The notes: generated by a model from the sequence alone, not told the origin. DNA of 64,000 nucleotides from Histomonas meleagridis 2922-C6/04-290x (GCA_020184695.1 JAANOX010000002.1:434001-498000); one strand, 5' to 3'; shown: positions 31,362 to 43,551, counted from the first letter of the stretch. Program-made: numbers and translations.

Positions 31362-31913
31362 TTTGAGTCGTGTTGGGGTTTAGCCACACACACAATAATA
31401 GCTTTCAAAATTCCAAAGGGAGTTGTTATGGGAGTTGGGTTAAAAAGCCGTTAATTGCACTGATTCGATTCAAAATCCGACTTTTTAAATATTAACAAAA
31501 ATTCAAATAAGTAAACTTCTGAATTAAGCGCTTAAAATTTATGGTAAATTTATATCGTATTTTCACAACTTCTTAGATCACCATAAAAAAATTCGAATAT
31601 AAATAGATGAAGTTGGGTAAAACAAAAAAGAAATCATGGTGATCTTTTAAGCCATTTTTGCGAATCATAATATCTACAAAGTATTATTTATCATATTAAT
31701 CATACTTATAGTTCAAAACACATAAAATTATAGTGTTTTATTGAATACGTTGTGTTTTCATCATGCCGTTGGTTATTAGTCATAAGGTAACATACCTGCA
31801 ATTTAAAAAAAAAAAATTGCTGAAAATTCATCACAATTAATTGAAGTTCTGGAAATTTTCTTTTGTAAACAAATAATGCTTTAAAACCTATTACTCAAAT
31901 TATTAAATTTTTA

Positions 31914-32498
31914 TTAATGAGTTTCTGGAAACAAACAAAACAAAGACTGAGCGCATGTAATTACTTTTGTGTTACACTCTTTTTCAGCTCTTTTTGATAC
32001 TGCATTTAATAGCTGATATCCAAGTGCGTGCTGCTCTTCATCTTTGTCCATAAACAAAGGAACATACAAAAGAGTGTCTAGCATCACTCTTGTTGATGGA
32101 ATAAATGATTCTCTTTTATATATGGCATTTAATACTTTAAGAGATTCAAGAAGAGCTGAGTCAGGCAAAAACCCACTTTTGAAAAAGAAGTAATGAAGCG
32201 AAAGATCTGCTAGCGGAAGATTTTCAATGTTTTCTGGTGATGCTGGTGGAGTCCATATTTTTCTGATTTTTTTTTCTTGTGATGGGTGAGCTTCTTGTTC
32301 AAATTCAAACTCTTGAAACTGAGTTACAAGCAAAGCATTTAACACAACACTTTTTAGAAGAGAAGATGTTAATTTCTTTATTTCTTCATTACCTGTTATA
32401 TTTAAATAGATAAGCGATGGAATGTTTTCTGTTGTTGCAATTCTTGGGTTGCTTTGAAGAAATTCAAGTTGGTTTTCTGCATCCAGCACGCTCATCAA
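31914..32498 (-). CDS. Hypothetical protein (194 aa)
   Basis: ATG-initiated ORF with normal composition; no family recognised. Confidence 0.55.
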   Translation of the reverse strand: MMSVLDAENQLEFLQSNPRIATTENIPSLIYLNITGNEEIKKLTSSLLKSVVLNALLVTQFQEFEFEQEAHPSQEKKIRKIWTPPASPENIENLPLADLSLHYFFFKSGFLPDSALLESLKVLNAIYKRESFIPSTRVMLDTLLYVPLFMDKDEEQHALGYQLLNAVSKRAEKECNTKVITCAQSLFCLFPETH

Positions 32499-32599
32499 TT
32501 AACCCTTTTGTTATCAGGGTGCCCCACTACAAAGATTTATTCAATAAACCGCTGTCTACGATCGTTTTCGATGCAATTTCCTGAGTTCATATTTTGCTC

Positions 32600-32623
32600 A
32601 TATATATATATATATATATATAT
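32600..32623. repeat. (TA)n microsatellite
   Basis: About 12 TA units in intergenic DNA. Confidence 0.85.
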
Positions 32624-32771
32624 TAATTAGTTAGATAAATAACAAAATCGAATATTATAGAGAATATTAATTGTTACTTTTTCGAATAATTCCAAAAGTA
32701 AATTAAAAATTTTTGTTGATTAAATAATTTACCAAAAATGAACTTTTATATGCGAATTTATAAAATGTCAT

Positions 32772-33320
32772 TTATTCAGAGTAATCGTATGACTTCTTTT
32801 TTTGCGAATTTTTCTTCTCTTTTTTATGATGGTGACTATGATGTTTTTCACTTTTAGTTTTTTCCTTTGTTTCTTTTTTCTTTTTTCCCTTCTTGTCATA
32901 TTCGCTATATTCATTCTCGGAGTAGTCGTCTTTCTTAATTTTTTGAGAATGGTGGTGATGGTGGTGATGATGATGTTTGTGAGACTTGTGCTTCTTTGGT
33001 TTTTCTTCCTTTTTAGTGGCTCTGTTTTCAAAGTTCAGATTTCTTCTATTTGGAAATATCCTTTTTCTGGAACGAAAAAATTCAACTCCAATGATTCTTC
33101 CATCAACTGTTGCTTCGTCTTTTTTAAGAGCAGCTTGGGCTTGTTCTGGCTTTGCAAATCGAATATATGCAAAGCCTTTTATTCTTCCATCATCTCTTCT
33201 TGGCAACATAATTTCTTCAATTTCACCAAATTCACGAAATAGTGAATTAAGCTTGTCTTCTGTTGTTTCAAAGTTTATTCCACCAACATAGATAACTCTA
33301 GTTTTTTTTTCCATTACCAA
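32772..33320 (-). CDS. RRM protein with K/H/E-rich low-complexity tail (likely start ATG 33314)
   Basis: RNP2 IYVGGI and RNP1 KGFAYIRF; His run and Lys-rich tail. Confidence 0.85.
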   Translation of the reverse strand: MVMEKKTRVIYVGGINFETTEDKLNSLFREFGEIEEIMLPRRDDGRIKGFAYIRFAKPEQAQAALKKDEATVDGRIIGVEFFRSRKRIFPNRRNLNFENRATKKEEKPKKHKSHKHHHHHHHHHSQKIKKDDYSENEYSEYDKKGKKKKETKEKTKSEKHHSHHHKKEKKNSQKKKSYDYSE

Positions 33321-33739
33321 GAAGAATGGCGGTTATATGGATCTGACAATTCAGCTTCGAAACAATGCCTGGAAATCATAAAAAGCTTTATTTGGTAAAT
33401 GTGTTAGTAGTTTTTTTTGTTGGATACAAAGAATCTGACTAACTGTTGGTAACAACATACAAAATTAATGTTATGAAAACTTTTTGAGGTGACAAGCTAA
33501 ACTATTTTTAGTGATTAAAATAAAATCATTAATTTTTTGATTAAAATTATAAAAAAAATTCAAAGGCAGTGGGTGATATTGAGGTGCAAACAGCTGTTCC
33601 TTCTCTTCAATTTAAATGAACTTTAATAAATATTTAAATTATACATTTCAATGAGGTGATTAAATATCATTCAATATTAAAAACCCCGCCAATCCAAATT
33701 TAGCATGAAATCCACCAATCATTCAACCAAATTATATTT

Positions 33740-34110
33740 GAACTCAATGAAAACAATATTGAGGCAATCTACAATAAATTTGTTTGATTCCATATACATT
33801 CAAATACCTTGTTCGCAAATTCTTGTATTCTGCTTTCTTTGCTCGAAAGAAAGGCTCAAATACATGCGTTAAATATTTGATAGCTCTTGAGAAGGATTTT
33901 ATTTAAAGAAAAAAACACCAGAGGATCAAACATATTTTTTGTGATTATCGACTCGAACTCAAGAATCAAGAATCATGTCATTTACTTGGAAAGTTGAATG
34001 AATATAAATTAATTGATCCAAATGAAATTGCAAAAATAATTCGAAATGATGAAATAGAAAAACTTCAAGAAACAGAAAATTTTGATTTTAATCAGAAAAA
34101 AAAATCTTTT
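33740..34110 (+). pseudogene. Internally deleted relic of the DUF3447-like family
   Basis: QESCHLLGKLNEYKLIDPNEIAKIIRNDEIEKLQETENFDFNQ; the NEIAKIIRNDEIEKLQE stretch is nearly identical at DNA level to about 3231-3281. Confidence 0.7.
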
Positions 34111-35717
34111 TTCAAAAATATATTCTAATTTGATTTTTTATAAAAAATTCTGTTTAGACATTTTAAAATTCTCCTATCTGAAGTGTTTGGATTAAAATTG
34201 TACTCCAAACGGTCGCCACCGAAAAAATATTGTTTGTTAATAAATCAATACACATTTATAATTTTAATATGTAAACCAAAAAATATTTATAATTATTAAT
34301 ACTCTTTGTTAGATACTAAATTATTTTAATTTTAATTTTTTTATGATAGATGATCAATTTCACTTTGAATTAAAAAGTTGAAAAATCTCTCTATTACATT
34401 TTTTAGAATTATATGATATATTTAAATTTTTTATTAATTTTGATTTATATTCAGTTAATATTGAGTTCTATTCATTTTAAAATCAAAAAATCATGAAAAT
34501 TGATTTTGAAATATAATAAACAATATAATAATTTCATTTGATGTCACCATATTATTTTAGTAAATTACCAGTATAATTTGATTTGGCAATGAAAATTTTT
34601 ATAACAAGAAGATGCGATCAAAAAGCATGAAAAAGACCTAAAAGTTGGGACATGAAGAACCTGTTTCCGAATATATTTTTTATATTATTTACTATTTCTA
34701 AATGTAATTCTCTTACATCAAATACATAACATAAGTATATATATACATATATCGAATTTTATAAATAATATGATAATATTATGATGTTATCTTGTGATTT
34801 ACGATTGAATTTTATATCGAAATTTCTCCAATTTTTCTCTATTACTTTATTTTAAATATTTTTTACAATATTTTGATGTTATTTATTCAATTTTATTCCT
34901 TGTGTTCATTCCTTATCTCTGTTCGTTTTAAGTTTCATTTTTTTATAATTGAATTGTTTTTAATCCTTCTGTATTCAATACATTCGGAAATGTATCATAA
35001 GTTTATTAAAAATGACACACATTGCGCATAAACACATAAATAGATAATATATATTTTTGAATATTAATCGAAATGATAAAAAATTGTATGCATTATGAAT
35101 ATCCAAACTATTTTATAACTATTTTAATAATATTTAGAATATAATTATGCATAATATTAAAATTTAGTGAGAATGATAATTGATATATTTTTTTCGAAAC
35201 TTAGTTTGAACGTTTAATACCCAAATAAACATGCATTAAAACAGCATAAGTAGAACTCACAATGCATTAAGAATATATAAATTGGAAAATTAAATTCAAT
35301 GCAATTTTATTTGACTAAATTTATATAAATTTAGATCGACAAAACATCGATAACGGTTTTGACATTTATCAGCGGTTTATCGATATATCAGAGCCCAACC
35401 TAAAAAAACCTTATCTGTCTTGTTTCAGGCGTTACAACGAAAAATTAGAAAAATCGATACGGGCATGTTTTTTTTTTAAACGGCTTCGTCGCTGGCAAAA
35501 AAAATATTTTTCTTGAAGTTTTTCTATTCTCAATAATTTTTGATTTCATTCGAACTATGTCCACTTTTAACATATTTCTAATGATGTTCCCAATCATGCT
35601 TTGATTAAATAATAATTATATTGATTGGGAAAATAAAAATTCATAAATTTAAATTTTTTAATGTTATTTTTCTCTCATAACTTGATGTGTTTTTCAATAC
35701 CAAATTCCAAAAAGTTA

Positions 35718-36482
35718 TTACTTATTATCTTTATTTAACATTTCGCAATGCTTATCATAGTAAAGAAAAGCACTTAAAGAAACAAAGTCGTGAATTTTTG
35801 AATATATATTTTCTAACTTAAAAATCCGATTACATACATTCAGCCTTATTTCTTTTCCATTTAGCTTCATTATTTCGTCTGTTGGAAGTTCTTTTTCATA
35901 AAGTAAAATATGCGTTTTATTATCGCAAGGTCCGGAATATGGGTATATTGAATCAAACTTACCATTAGAAGCCTCCTTAATAAGATCTCTATACTGTAAT
36001 GGATCTGTTTCGAAGTTGCAATGTCTTTTTAAGAATTCATATACATATTCAGGTGTTGGAAAATTTCCTTTAGTCTTCTCAAAAGGAAGAGTAGCATGTA
36101 TTTTCCCTGTTGGAATCTGTATTTCTTCGGTTAGCAAGCAATATTTTTCATGGGTTTCTATTGAAATTAATATAACAAGAACCATTATTGAATGGCCTTC
36201 TAGCATAATTATCCTTGGAATTTTCCCACCATTTCTTGTGTTAACTGTGTCTAATTTTAAATATTCTATTTCTCCTTTAGAATTCCTTTTAATATTTTGA
36301 ATTTTAATTGATTCAACATGAATAGAATCATCAAGGCTATCAATCCAATCATTCAGTAATGTACACTCAGAAACATCTTTTACAATTGTATCATTTTCTC
36401 CAGTGATTGTAAAATCAAATTTTCTTTTCTTTTCCATTATCCTAATTAACATACCAGTTAAAAAATTGACAGTAATTTTCAT
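35718..36482 (-). CDS. Nudix-fold protein (ADP-sugar pyrophosphatase-like) with degenerate Nudix box; likely start ATG 36437
   Basis: LLNDWIDSL...IKIQNI...LKLDT...GKIPRIIMLEGHSIMVLVIL...LLTEEIQIPTG resembles the N-terminal half of this subfamily. Confidence 0.55.
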   Translation of the reverse strand: MKITVNFLTGMLIRIMEKKRKFDFTITGENDTIVKDVSECTLLNDWIDSLDDSIHVESIKIQNIKRNSKGEIEYLKLDTVNTRNGGKIPRIIMLEGHSIMVLVILISIETHEKYCLLTEEIQIPTGKIHATLPFEKTKGNFPTPEYVYEFLKRHCNFETDPLQYRDLIKEASNGKFDSIYPYSGPCDNKTHILLYEKELPTDEIMKLNGKEIRLNVCNRIFKLENIYSKIHDFVSLSAFLYYDKHCEMLNKDNK

Positions 36483-36815
36483 GTCACTTCAAAAGGGTGC
36501 TCCAACGAAACTCGAAATCAAAGCCTCTAAACTGATCATTTTTTCTTCAGTTTATGATTACGATAGGAATTTCAGAACAACGATAGTTTTTTTTCTGTGG
36601 AAACACTTCTAAACGATCATTTAAATTGCCTATCGTTTGTCTTTGGACCCCTTTAAGGGTAATTTCCATTCAAAATTCAATCAAACCGTTTCAATCCAAA
36701 GTAAAGTGACTGTATTTAGCATATGATCGAATTTTGTGTTCTTTGCACTGAATCCATTAATAATTACATCAACAGCATAGTGCCATAAAAAGCAAAAACG
36801 AAATTCTGAGAATGT

Positions 36816-38696
36816 TTAATAGACTTGTTTTGATTTCCTATATTTAAGGTATGCAGACACATAAATTGCGCCCACGAACACTACCACAATTACAGATATC
36901 GAAGCTACCATTGGTGTCGCATATGCCGGAGTTACTGTTTCATATATCCACCCAGAAGAACACTTATATCCCATCGATTCTTGAGGTCCATCCTTTTCTC
37001 CTCTCATACATTTCTTGTTCTTAAAGCAAAATCCGCATCCCGGCACGCTCTTACAAGATTCCTTATCATTACCTCCATAAATTTCGCAGTAATCCTTTGG
37101 CCTAAATGTGATCCAATCATGTTTATATGTATCCTTAAGACCTTTACGTGTAACATCAGGCCAATCCAAGAAACTAAATGGCGCATTATATTTATATTCC
37201 GGCGACAATATTGCATCCCATGTTTGGTTCTCCAAAAACCATGAAAGTCGAGCAGCCTTTGTATCTAATCCGCCAAAGCAATTCTTTGCGCCATAACTTG
37301 TTCCATTTTCAGGTCTCAAGTCATATCTTGATAAAATTCCTTGTGCAGGTTCTGGAATTCCATCAATTAACAATAATGGATCATGTAAATAATCATTATA
37401 TCTCATGAACTCTTGGAAATCATTATAGCCAGTGATTTTTGGTACGTCGCGTTCAATGATCTTATAACGTGGTTGATCCCAATATGACCAAAAGTCTTTT
37501 TTCTTCGGTTCGCGTTGTTGTTCTCCTGGATAATCAGCTAAGTTAAAGACGGATTCAAAGATTGGCGAGTTGACTGATCCGAAATAACTTGTGTTATACA
37601 AAAGATCTGTTAAATCTGCTGACTCATAAAATCCTGGAAGTTGTTCGAGAACCCATAAAAGATTCTTTGGACGCTCATGTTTTGTTGAGTTCTTAACAAA
37701 TAATTTGGTGTCGAGAACAATGTATTGGTTATTATATGTTCCCGAGTTTTCTTTGATGAATTCTTTGGTCCAATCTTCGCCATTGTCTGTGACAAATGTT
37801 GCATAATATGATCGTAACCATGTTAAAACACTTTGTGGCTTGACATAAAGTTCATAAAGTGTGTTGTTAAAGTTATGCATAGTGGTTTCCATAATCAAAA
37901 GGCCTTGGTCAGTGGTCCAGAAGTCATCGACACTTGGAAGATGTCCTGTTCGGGTACTAACTGTTACATGATGTGCTTTAAATTCGGGAATGTTAAGGTT
38001 ATAGTCTTTAAGATAGGCATGAAGATCAGTATAATGACTCCATGTGTCTTGTGCAAAATAAATATCATCATAATCTGGTGAATACATAACAAGTCCTGTG
38101 CACTTAAGTGTAAGCTCAGGATCACGTGGAGCTGAACCTTCTAATATGCCTGCAAGATCATCAAGATCACCAGCTGATTGAAGAAGCCAAAAATCAATTT
38201 CAGATAATTGATCTGACTCTGGGACTCCTTCATTAAGACCTCGAAGCATACCATCAACTTGATTGATAACAAGTCCAATGTCTTTCCAATATTTAGAAGC
38301 ACTGTTCATGATGTTTGATCTGACATAATTGATGTTCTCTGAGATGAATTGTTTCCAGCTAGCTGGCCAGTCTTTACCTTTGCCAACTTGAACTTCTTTG
38401 TAGTTTGTAAAGGCTTCTCTGACACGTTCTTGAGTAAGATATGTATCAACAAAACCAGCACAATACATTTGATTGTAACTTGGAGAATGTGGGTTAGTCC
38501 AAATATGAATCTGTCCCCAACCAAGTTCATCATAAGAATCTTCAAATGTTGCCCATGCATCATATGTTTTATCGAATTCTAATTTAAAAGTAAGATTACC
38601 ACTGGCATCAATTTTGCACGAAGCTGTCGTGTTCTGATATACTGAGTACACGAATTGCGATAAAAAGATGCAAAACATGATTTGCAATAAGACCAT
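36816..38696 (-). CDS. Phospholipase B-like (PLBD/LAMA-like Ntn hydrolase), C-terminal TM
   Basis: KCTGL autocleavage region, IYFAQDTW, ENSGTYNNQYIVLD, EQLPG and FGGLDTK motifs. Confidence 0.9.
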   Translation of the reverse strand: MVLLQIMFCIFLSQFVYSVYQNTTASCKIDASGNLTFKLEFDKTYDAWATFEDSYDELGWGQIHIWTNPHSPSYNQMYCAGFVDTYLTQERVREAFTNYKEVQVGKGKDWPASWKQFISENINYVRSNIMNSASKYWKDIGLVINQVDGMLRGLNEGVPESDQLSEIDFWLLQSAGDLDDLAGILEGSAPRDPELTLKCTGLVMYSPDYDDIYFAQDTWSHYTDLHAYLKDYNLNIPEFKAHHVTVSTRTGHLPSVDDFWTTDQGLLIMETTMHNFNNTLYELYVKPQSVLTWLRSYYATFVTDNGEDWTKEFIKENSGTYNNQYIVLDTKLFVKNSTKHERPKNLLWVLEQLPGFYESADLTDLLYNTSYFGSVNSPIFESVFNLADYPGEQQREPKKKDFWSYWDQPRYKIIERDVPKITGYNDFQEFMRYNDYLHDPLLLIDGIPEPAQGILSRYDLRPENGTSYGAKNCFGGLDTKAARLSWFLENQTWDAILSPEYKYNAPFSFLDWPDVTRKGLKDTYKHDWITFRPKDYCEIYGGNDKESCKSVPGCGFCFKNKKCMRGEKDGPQESMGYKCSSGWIYETVTPAYATPMVASISVIVVVFVGAIYVSAYLKYRKSKQVY

Positions 38697-38904
38697 TCAA
38701 TTTATATCAAAAAGTCATTTCTCTATACATCGTTTTGGCTCGATACGTATCGTTTCAGAAAAAATGTTGCAAAAACAATCATCGTTTTTATTTTGGAGTC
38801 GAGTTTAGGATTCTCATTTATGCAACCATTTCTGTGAAGACAGTAATCATATGAATTAACTAAAGGAAAAATATTTAAAAATTGAATTCAATTTGTTGCA
38901 TATT

Positions 38905-39237
38905 TTATTTCTTACCTTTCCTGCCCTTTGGAGCTGCTTCAGCTTTTGGAGCTTCTTCAACAACTTCCTCTTTGGCTCCGGCTGGACGACCATAAGCAAC
39001 GAGTTTTGAATGTTTGATAAGGCAAACAATCTTACCATCTGCTTCAAGTTGCTTTAAGACTTGGCGGGCTACCGTGAGAGAAATCTTGTAACGATCTGCA
39101 AGCTTGGATGGTGTGATAAGTTTGCTGCGTGGAACAGCCTTTTCGATTTCTTCTGCAACTTCGGAAAGAAGGACTGTTGCCCAATCCCTCTTTTCCTTGT
39201 TGGTAGTCTTGGTCCACTTCTTCTTAACTTGTGGCAT
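38905..39237 (-). CDS. RPS25: 40S ribosomal protein S25 (eS25)
   Basis: KKKWTK...VPRSKLITPSKLADRYKISLTVARQVLKQL. Confidence 0.92.
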   Translation of the reverse strand: MPQVKKKWTKTTNKEKRDWATVLLSEVAEEIEKAVPRSKLITPSKLADRYKISLTVARQVLKQLEADGKIVCLIKHSKLVAYGRPAGAKEEVVEEAPKAEAAPKGRKGKK

Positions 39238-39244
39238 TTCAGCA

Positions 39245-39267
39245 AAAGGCCAAACGGGTAACGGTTA
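39245..39267 (-). promoter_or_regulatory. Trichomonas-type M5 (CCTTT) + M3 (Myb-like) core promoter of RPS25
   Basis: Minus strand GCCTTTTGCTGAAATG immediately 5' of the ATG, with AACGGTTA at 39260-39267. M3/M5 are established T. vaginalis core elements, and M5 is associated with ribosomal protein genes. Confidence 0.6.
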
Positions 39268-39643
39268 ACTGTCCTGAAGATAATATAAACTATTCAATTT
39301 TAAAAGTGGACACTGAGATATAAGATTTGTGAATTTAGAGGCAAAGAGTTCGAACTCTAGTATCAGATTAACTAATTATGAAAATTGTATAATTAAATGG
39401 CTATAATATAAGTTTAAATATTTAAATTTCTAATTAATTTTTGGAATTGTTCAGCAAATTTTTTTTATTTGTCCATAATTTCAAAAAATACACAAAGGCA
39501 TGATTGTAAAAGAAACAGATCCTGTATTTTCGCTTTTTTAATCACAGAAATCAGGAAAGGAATTGGTGAAGAAAAACAATTTCCTTCTTCAATTGGAGGT
39601 TTTATTCAAAAATTCAATATGAATACGTTTTGCATTCAGCCAG

Positions 39644-40207
39644 ATGAGCCATGCTGTTTTAAGGTCAAAGGTCCTTGTTGTTGGACCACCAACAGTAGGT
39701 AAGTCATCAATAATTAAATCATTTTCATCAGATGGCGCTTCATTCTCTTCAACTTATACAATGACATTATCAGCAGAAGTTACAATAAAATCAGTAACAA
39801 ATGAAGAGCACAATACAACTGTAGAATTTTTCATGTATGACATAAGCGGGTCACCAATTTATGAATATGAATATCCTGATGTTTTCCGAGATGCTAATCA
39901 AGTTCTCCTTGTATTCGATGTAACAAGAGCTTCAACACTTAAAGAATGTGGGCTTTGGCTTGATAAAGTTGCAAAGTTTGCAGGTAAATCTTTGCCTGGT
40001 GTTATTGTTGGCAATAAGAATGATTTGTCTGAATTCGCAGATGTTTCAATGGATGATTGTAAAAACTTTGCAACAGAACATGGCCTCGATTATTTTGATG
40101 TTTCTGCTAAGACAAACGCAGGAATTATTGATCCTTTTAATACTTTAGCCGAAAAATTTATTACAGTCTACGAAAACGAAGTTGATCAATTTATCAATGC
40201 TGATTGA
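39644..40207 (+). CDS. IFT27: IFT27/RabL4 small GTPase
   Basis: LRSKVLVVGPPTVGKSS...FSSTYTMT...VEFFMYDISG, GNKND, SAK; no CAAX. Confidence 0.8.
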   Translation: MSHAVLRSKVLVVGPPTVGKSSIIKSFSSDGASFSSTYTMTLSAEVTIKSVTNEEHNTTVEFFMYDISGSPIYEYEYPDVFRDANQVLLVFDVTRASTLKECGLWLDKVAKFAGKSLPGVIVGNKNDLSEFADVSMDDCKNFATEHGLDYFDVSAKTNAGIIDPFNTLAEKFITVYENEVDQFINAD

Positions 40208-40476
40208 ATTTTAAATGATAATGAATAAAATGATTGTTAACATATTCCAATGTTTTACTTCAATAAATTCGTAAATAGATCAAGTCATGTAAATTTGTTA
40301 ATCAACTTAAATGACAAATAACAGTAACTATTGACTCATTATGCAATAGAGTGATTCAAGTTTAGCATCCAAACCAAAAAGTGCTTATTGAACGGGATTC
40401 AATGAAAATTGATCGTTTTGATTATGTTTTGACTTTTTAAAAAAGTAAAGTTTTTAATTATCGGTATCAATTTTGA

Positions 40477-40926
40477 ATGAGAAGAAATGTGCATTTCTCT
40501 GATGAAAAAATAGACCAAATTAAAAAGAAATTTCAATATCTAGACATCACAGGTACAGGGAAATTATCAAGGGAAACAACAGCACAAATATTAATGGAAG
40601 AAGGTGCTCAATTAGATAGACTAATGATTGCATTATTATTTGAAAAGTATGACGCAGACGGCGATGAAATGATTGACTTAAATGAATTTGTTTGTTTTTG
40701 TAAGGAAATGGAACAACTCCAAGATATTGATATTTTAAGGCAAATCTTTGATTTGGCTGATGTAGACAAAAACCAATATTTAGATTTATCAGAAGTCAAA
40801 AGGATTGGTCAGTTAATGGGTCTTGATGTTACTGAAGATGATTCTATGGCTACCATTATGGCGTTAGATGAAAACAATGATAATTTAATAGATTTTGATG
40901 AATTTTGCAAGATACTTTCTTTTTGA
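40477..40926 (+). CDS. Calmodulin-like four-EF-hand protein
   Basis: DITGTGKLS, DADGDEMIDLNEF, DVDKNQYLDLSE, DENNDNLIDFDEF. Confidence 0.88.
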   Translation: MRRNVHFSDEKIDQIKKKFQYLDITGTGKLSRETTAQILMEEGAQLDRLMIALLFEKYDADGDEMIDLNEFVCFCKEMEQLQDIDILRQIFDLADVDKNQYLDLSEVKRIGQLMGLDVTEDDSMATIMALDENNDNLIDFDEFCKILSF

Positions 40927-41254
40927 TATATTTGGATATATGTACTGATAAATGCATAATTAATTAATAAAACGAAACTTTTTAACATAAATTAGAACAT
41001 AATAAACTCATTTTTAAAATCTGTAAGATGAAACCATTAAAATTGTGTACTGATTTTTATAAATGAGTTTATGTTTTGTTAAGAAAATGTCTAATGAAAG
41101 TTTGCATTCTAATTTTGGAAAAACCAAATTTATTTGTGATTAATTCTTTAGTTTAACAAAAAATTCAACTGATATTTTATCTTGGTTTTTAATAAATTTT
41201 TCTTGGAAAAGGTAATAAAAAGATAATTAATATTAGTATTAAGTTCTAATTCTT

Positions 41255-43180
41255 ATGTTTATTGAAGATGAAAATGAAGATATGATAACTTATAAAAAAA
41301 GAATAAATCCTTTTTCACATTTTTGTTCGCAATATATATGGGTTTTAATATTTTTTTGCTATGCTTTTATAGGACCAAAAATAATTTGGAAACAGGAATC
41401 AGGTATTATCAGATCATCATCTCCAATTAATCCATGGGATGATTCAAAAGATCCTGTTTGGTTTGGTTATGTTTCAGATTTACATATTTCTAAAAAAGAT
41501 GTGCCAAAAATAAACAGAGTTAAAAGATCAATTGAAAACATTAAAAGGTTTTCATGTGATACCCTTTTGGTTCCAGGTGATTTAATTGATCAATGGGGAC
41601 CTTCAGGTTATCTTGCAATTATGGGTGGACATGATAAAGAAAATCAGAAAACATATATTGATAATTTTCACCCGTTATATTTGAGCTTTAAGCATGTATT
41701 TGATATGCCAGGAAATCATGATGAAACTGAAGTAGATAAATTTGGTTCAGATTATCATTATTTTTTAAACTATTCATATTATTACAAAAATAACACCCGA
41801 AATATACAGAAATATTGGATACATACAAAAGAAACAGATGATTTCATCTTCATATTTATAAATTCATTTCTATTCCCAACCACTAAAGGTTTATTTGATT
41901 TTTATCCTAAGGAAAATAATGAAATGATTGAATTAATAGAAAAAGAATTTAATAATCTTAAAAATTTGAATTCAAAAAAGAATATAATTGCTTGTACACA
42001 TTTTCCTCTTAGTTTATGGGAATACAAAGGGAAATCGTTAAGCGGAAAAACATTTAAACAAATCCTTCAGGAAAGTTCTGCGAGTGTACTTCTCACAGGT
42101 CATCTTCATCCACGTGATAATGTTTTTAAGCACCATAATGGGTTTCTTGAAGTTATTGCTCCTATAGCTTCCACTGCAAAAATTGGATTAGTTATATCTG
42201 ATAATGGTAGAGTATCGATTCATGCATTTAGACAAAATAAAGTAGCAATTGTTTTAATACACCCTATTCCATATAAAAAATTACAAAACAAAAGTGTTTT
42301 CAATGAAGAAAAAACATCAATTAGGATTTTATCATTTGGAAGAAAGATTGTAAATATTAATGTTACAGGTGATGTTAATGGTAAAATGATTTATCAAAGA
42401 GAAGTTCGGGAAAATGTATTTTTATATTCGTTGCCAATGAATCTTAAAAAAGGATATCATAAGATATCATTTAGTGGTGATTATATTGATGAATGTGAAT
42501 TTTTCATTGGAGAAAAAGTTGATAGCTTTAAGGAAGTTCGATATGATAAATTTGATGTTTTACATACTGTAAAAATATATTCAGTTTTGTTACCAATAAT
42601 TCTGATTATTATTACATTTCCATATGAATTTAAAACAACATTTGCATACAATCAATTATTAAAATTAAGTAGATATAGAATATCATGGTTTAATTTCTTT
42701 TGTGGGTTCCTTTCAATTCGACATAATTTACAAAAATTACCATTTTGGATGCGAAATATTATTTTCTTTGGTGTATTTATTCCTTATATTTTTCCACATT
42801 CAATCATTGAAGTTAATGGACATTATGGAATGACATTTTATTATGGATATTGTGTAGGAGAAACAGTTCTTTTTGATCCATATGGCCAAATTTTCGCATT
42901 CATTTCTCATGCGATTTTTTTACTTTTAATACTTTATTCATCAGCATTCGGAGCGACTAAAATAAATTGGTCATTTATATATATATTAGATATATTAATT
43001 GGAATATTTGCATTACTTATTGGAATATTTTTTGTAAATTCACAACTGTATCGAAATTCTGGTCCTTTATGGGCAAATACAAGTCCAAATTTTGTAATCT
43101 TTCCTATATTTTTTTTGGTGTTAGCCCCATCATCTCTAATATCTATCAAATCCAATGAAGATGAATCTATTTCTTATTAA
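41255..43180 (+). CDS. TMEM62-like calcineurin-like metallophosphoesterase, multi-TM C-terminus
   Basis: SDLH, GDLID, PGNHD, TH and GHLH motifs; C-terminal TM helices. Confidence 0.8.
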   Translation: MFIEDENEDMITYKKRINPFSHFCSQYIWVLIFFCYAFIGPKIIWKQESGIIRSSSPINPWDDSKDPVWFGYVSDLHISKKDVPKINRVKRSIENIKRFSCDTLLVPGDLIDQWGPSGYLAIMGGHDKENQKTYIDNFHPLYLSFKHVFDMPGNHDETEVDKFGSDYHYFLNYSYYYKNNTRNIQKYWIHTKETDDFIFIFINSFLFPTTKGLFDFYPKENNEMIELIEKEFNNLKNLNSKKNIIACTHFPLSLWEYKGKSLSGKTFKQILQESSASVLLTGHLHPRDNVFKHHNGFLEVIAPIASTAKIGLVISDNGRVSIHAFRQNKVAIVLIHPIPYKKLQNKSVFNEEKTSIRILSFGRKIVNINVTGDVNGKMIYQREVRENVFLYSLPMNLKKGYHKISFSGDYIDECEFFIGEKVDSFKEVRYDKFDVLHTVKIYSVLLPIILIIITFPYEFKTTFAYNQLLKLSRYRISWFNFFCGFLSIRHNLQKLPFWMRNIIFFGVFIPYIFPHSIIEVNGHYGMTFYYGYCVGETVLFDPYGQIFAFISHAIFLLLILYSSAFGATKINWSFIYILDILIGIFALLIGIFFVNSQLYRNSGPLWANTSPNFVIFPIFFLVLAPSSLISIKSNEDESISY

Positions 43181-43551
43181 AAGAAAATATGAAGAAGGGT
43201 TAAAAACTTTAAAAATTTTATCAGCTACTTTGAAAATAAACCAAGTATAAATAATTTTATAATCAAATATATTGATAAAAAAAGATATGTGCTTGATATT
43301 TTTTGTGATTTTGGGAAATTGATTTAAATCAAAGTCCAAATATTTATAATGAAAAATACAAATAATATATTCTAAAAATTGTTTATTTGATATGTAATAA
43401 AAAATTTTTATTCCATTGAAGCAATAAAAAGTCAGAAACGATAGGGGGTTATTCCACTAAATTTAGTCTCAACTAACAGAAATTTTGTCAACTTTACAAT
43501 CAAACCGCCCCAAACCCACTGAAAAGACGGTTATTTTCCATATTCCAAACA

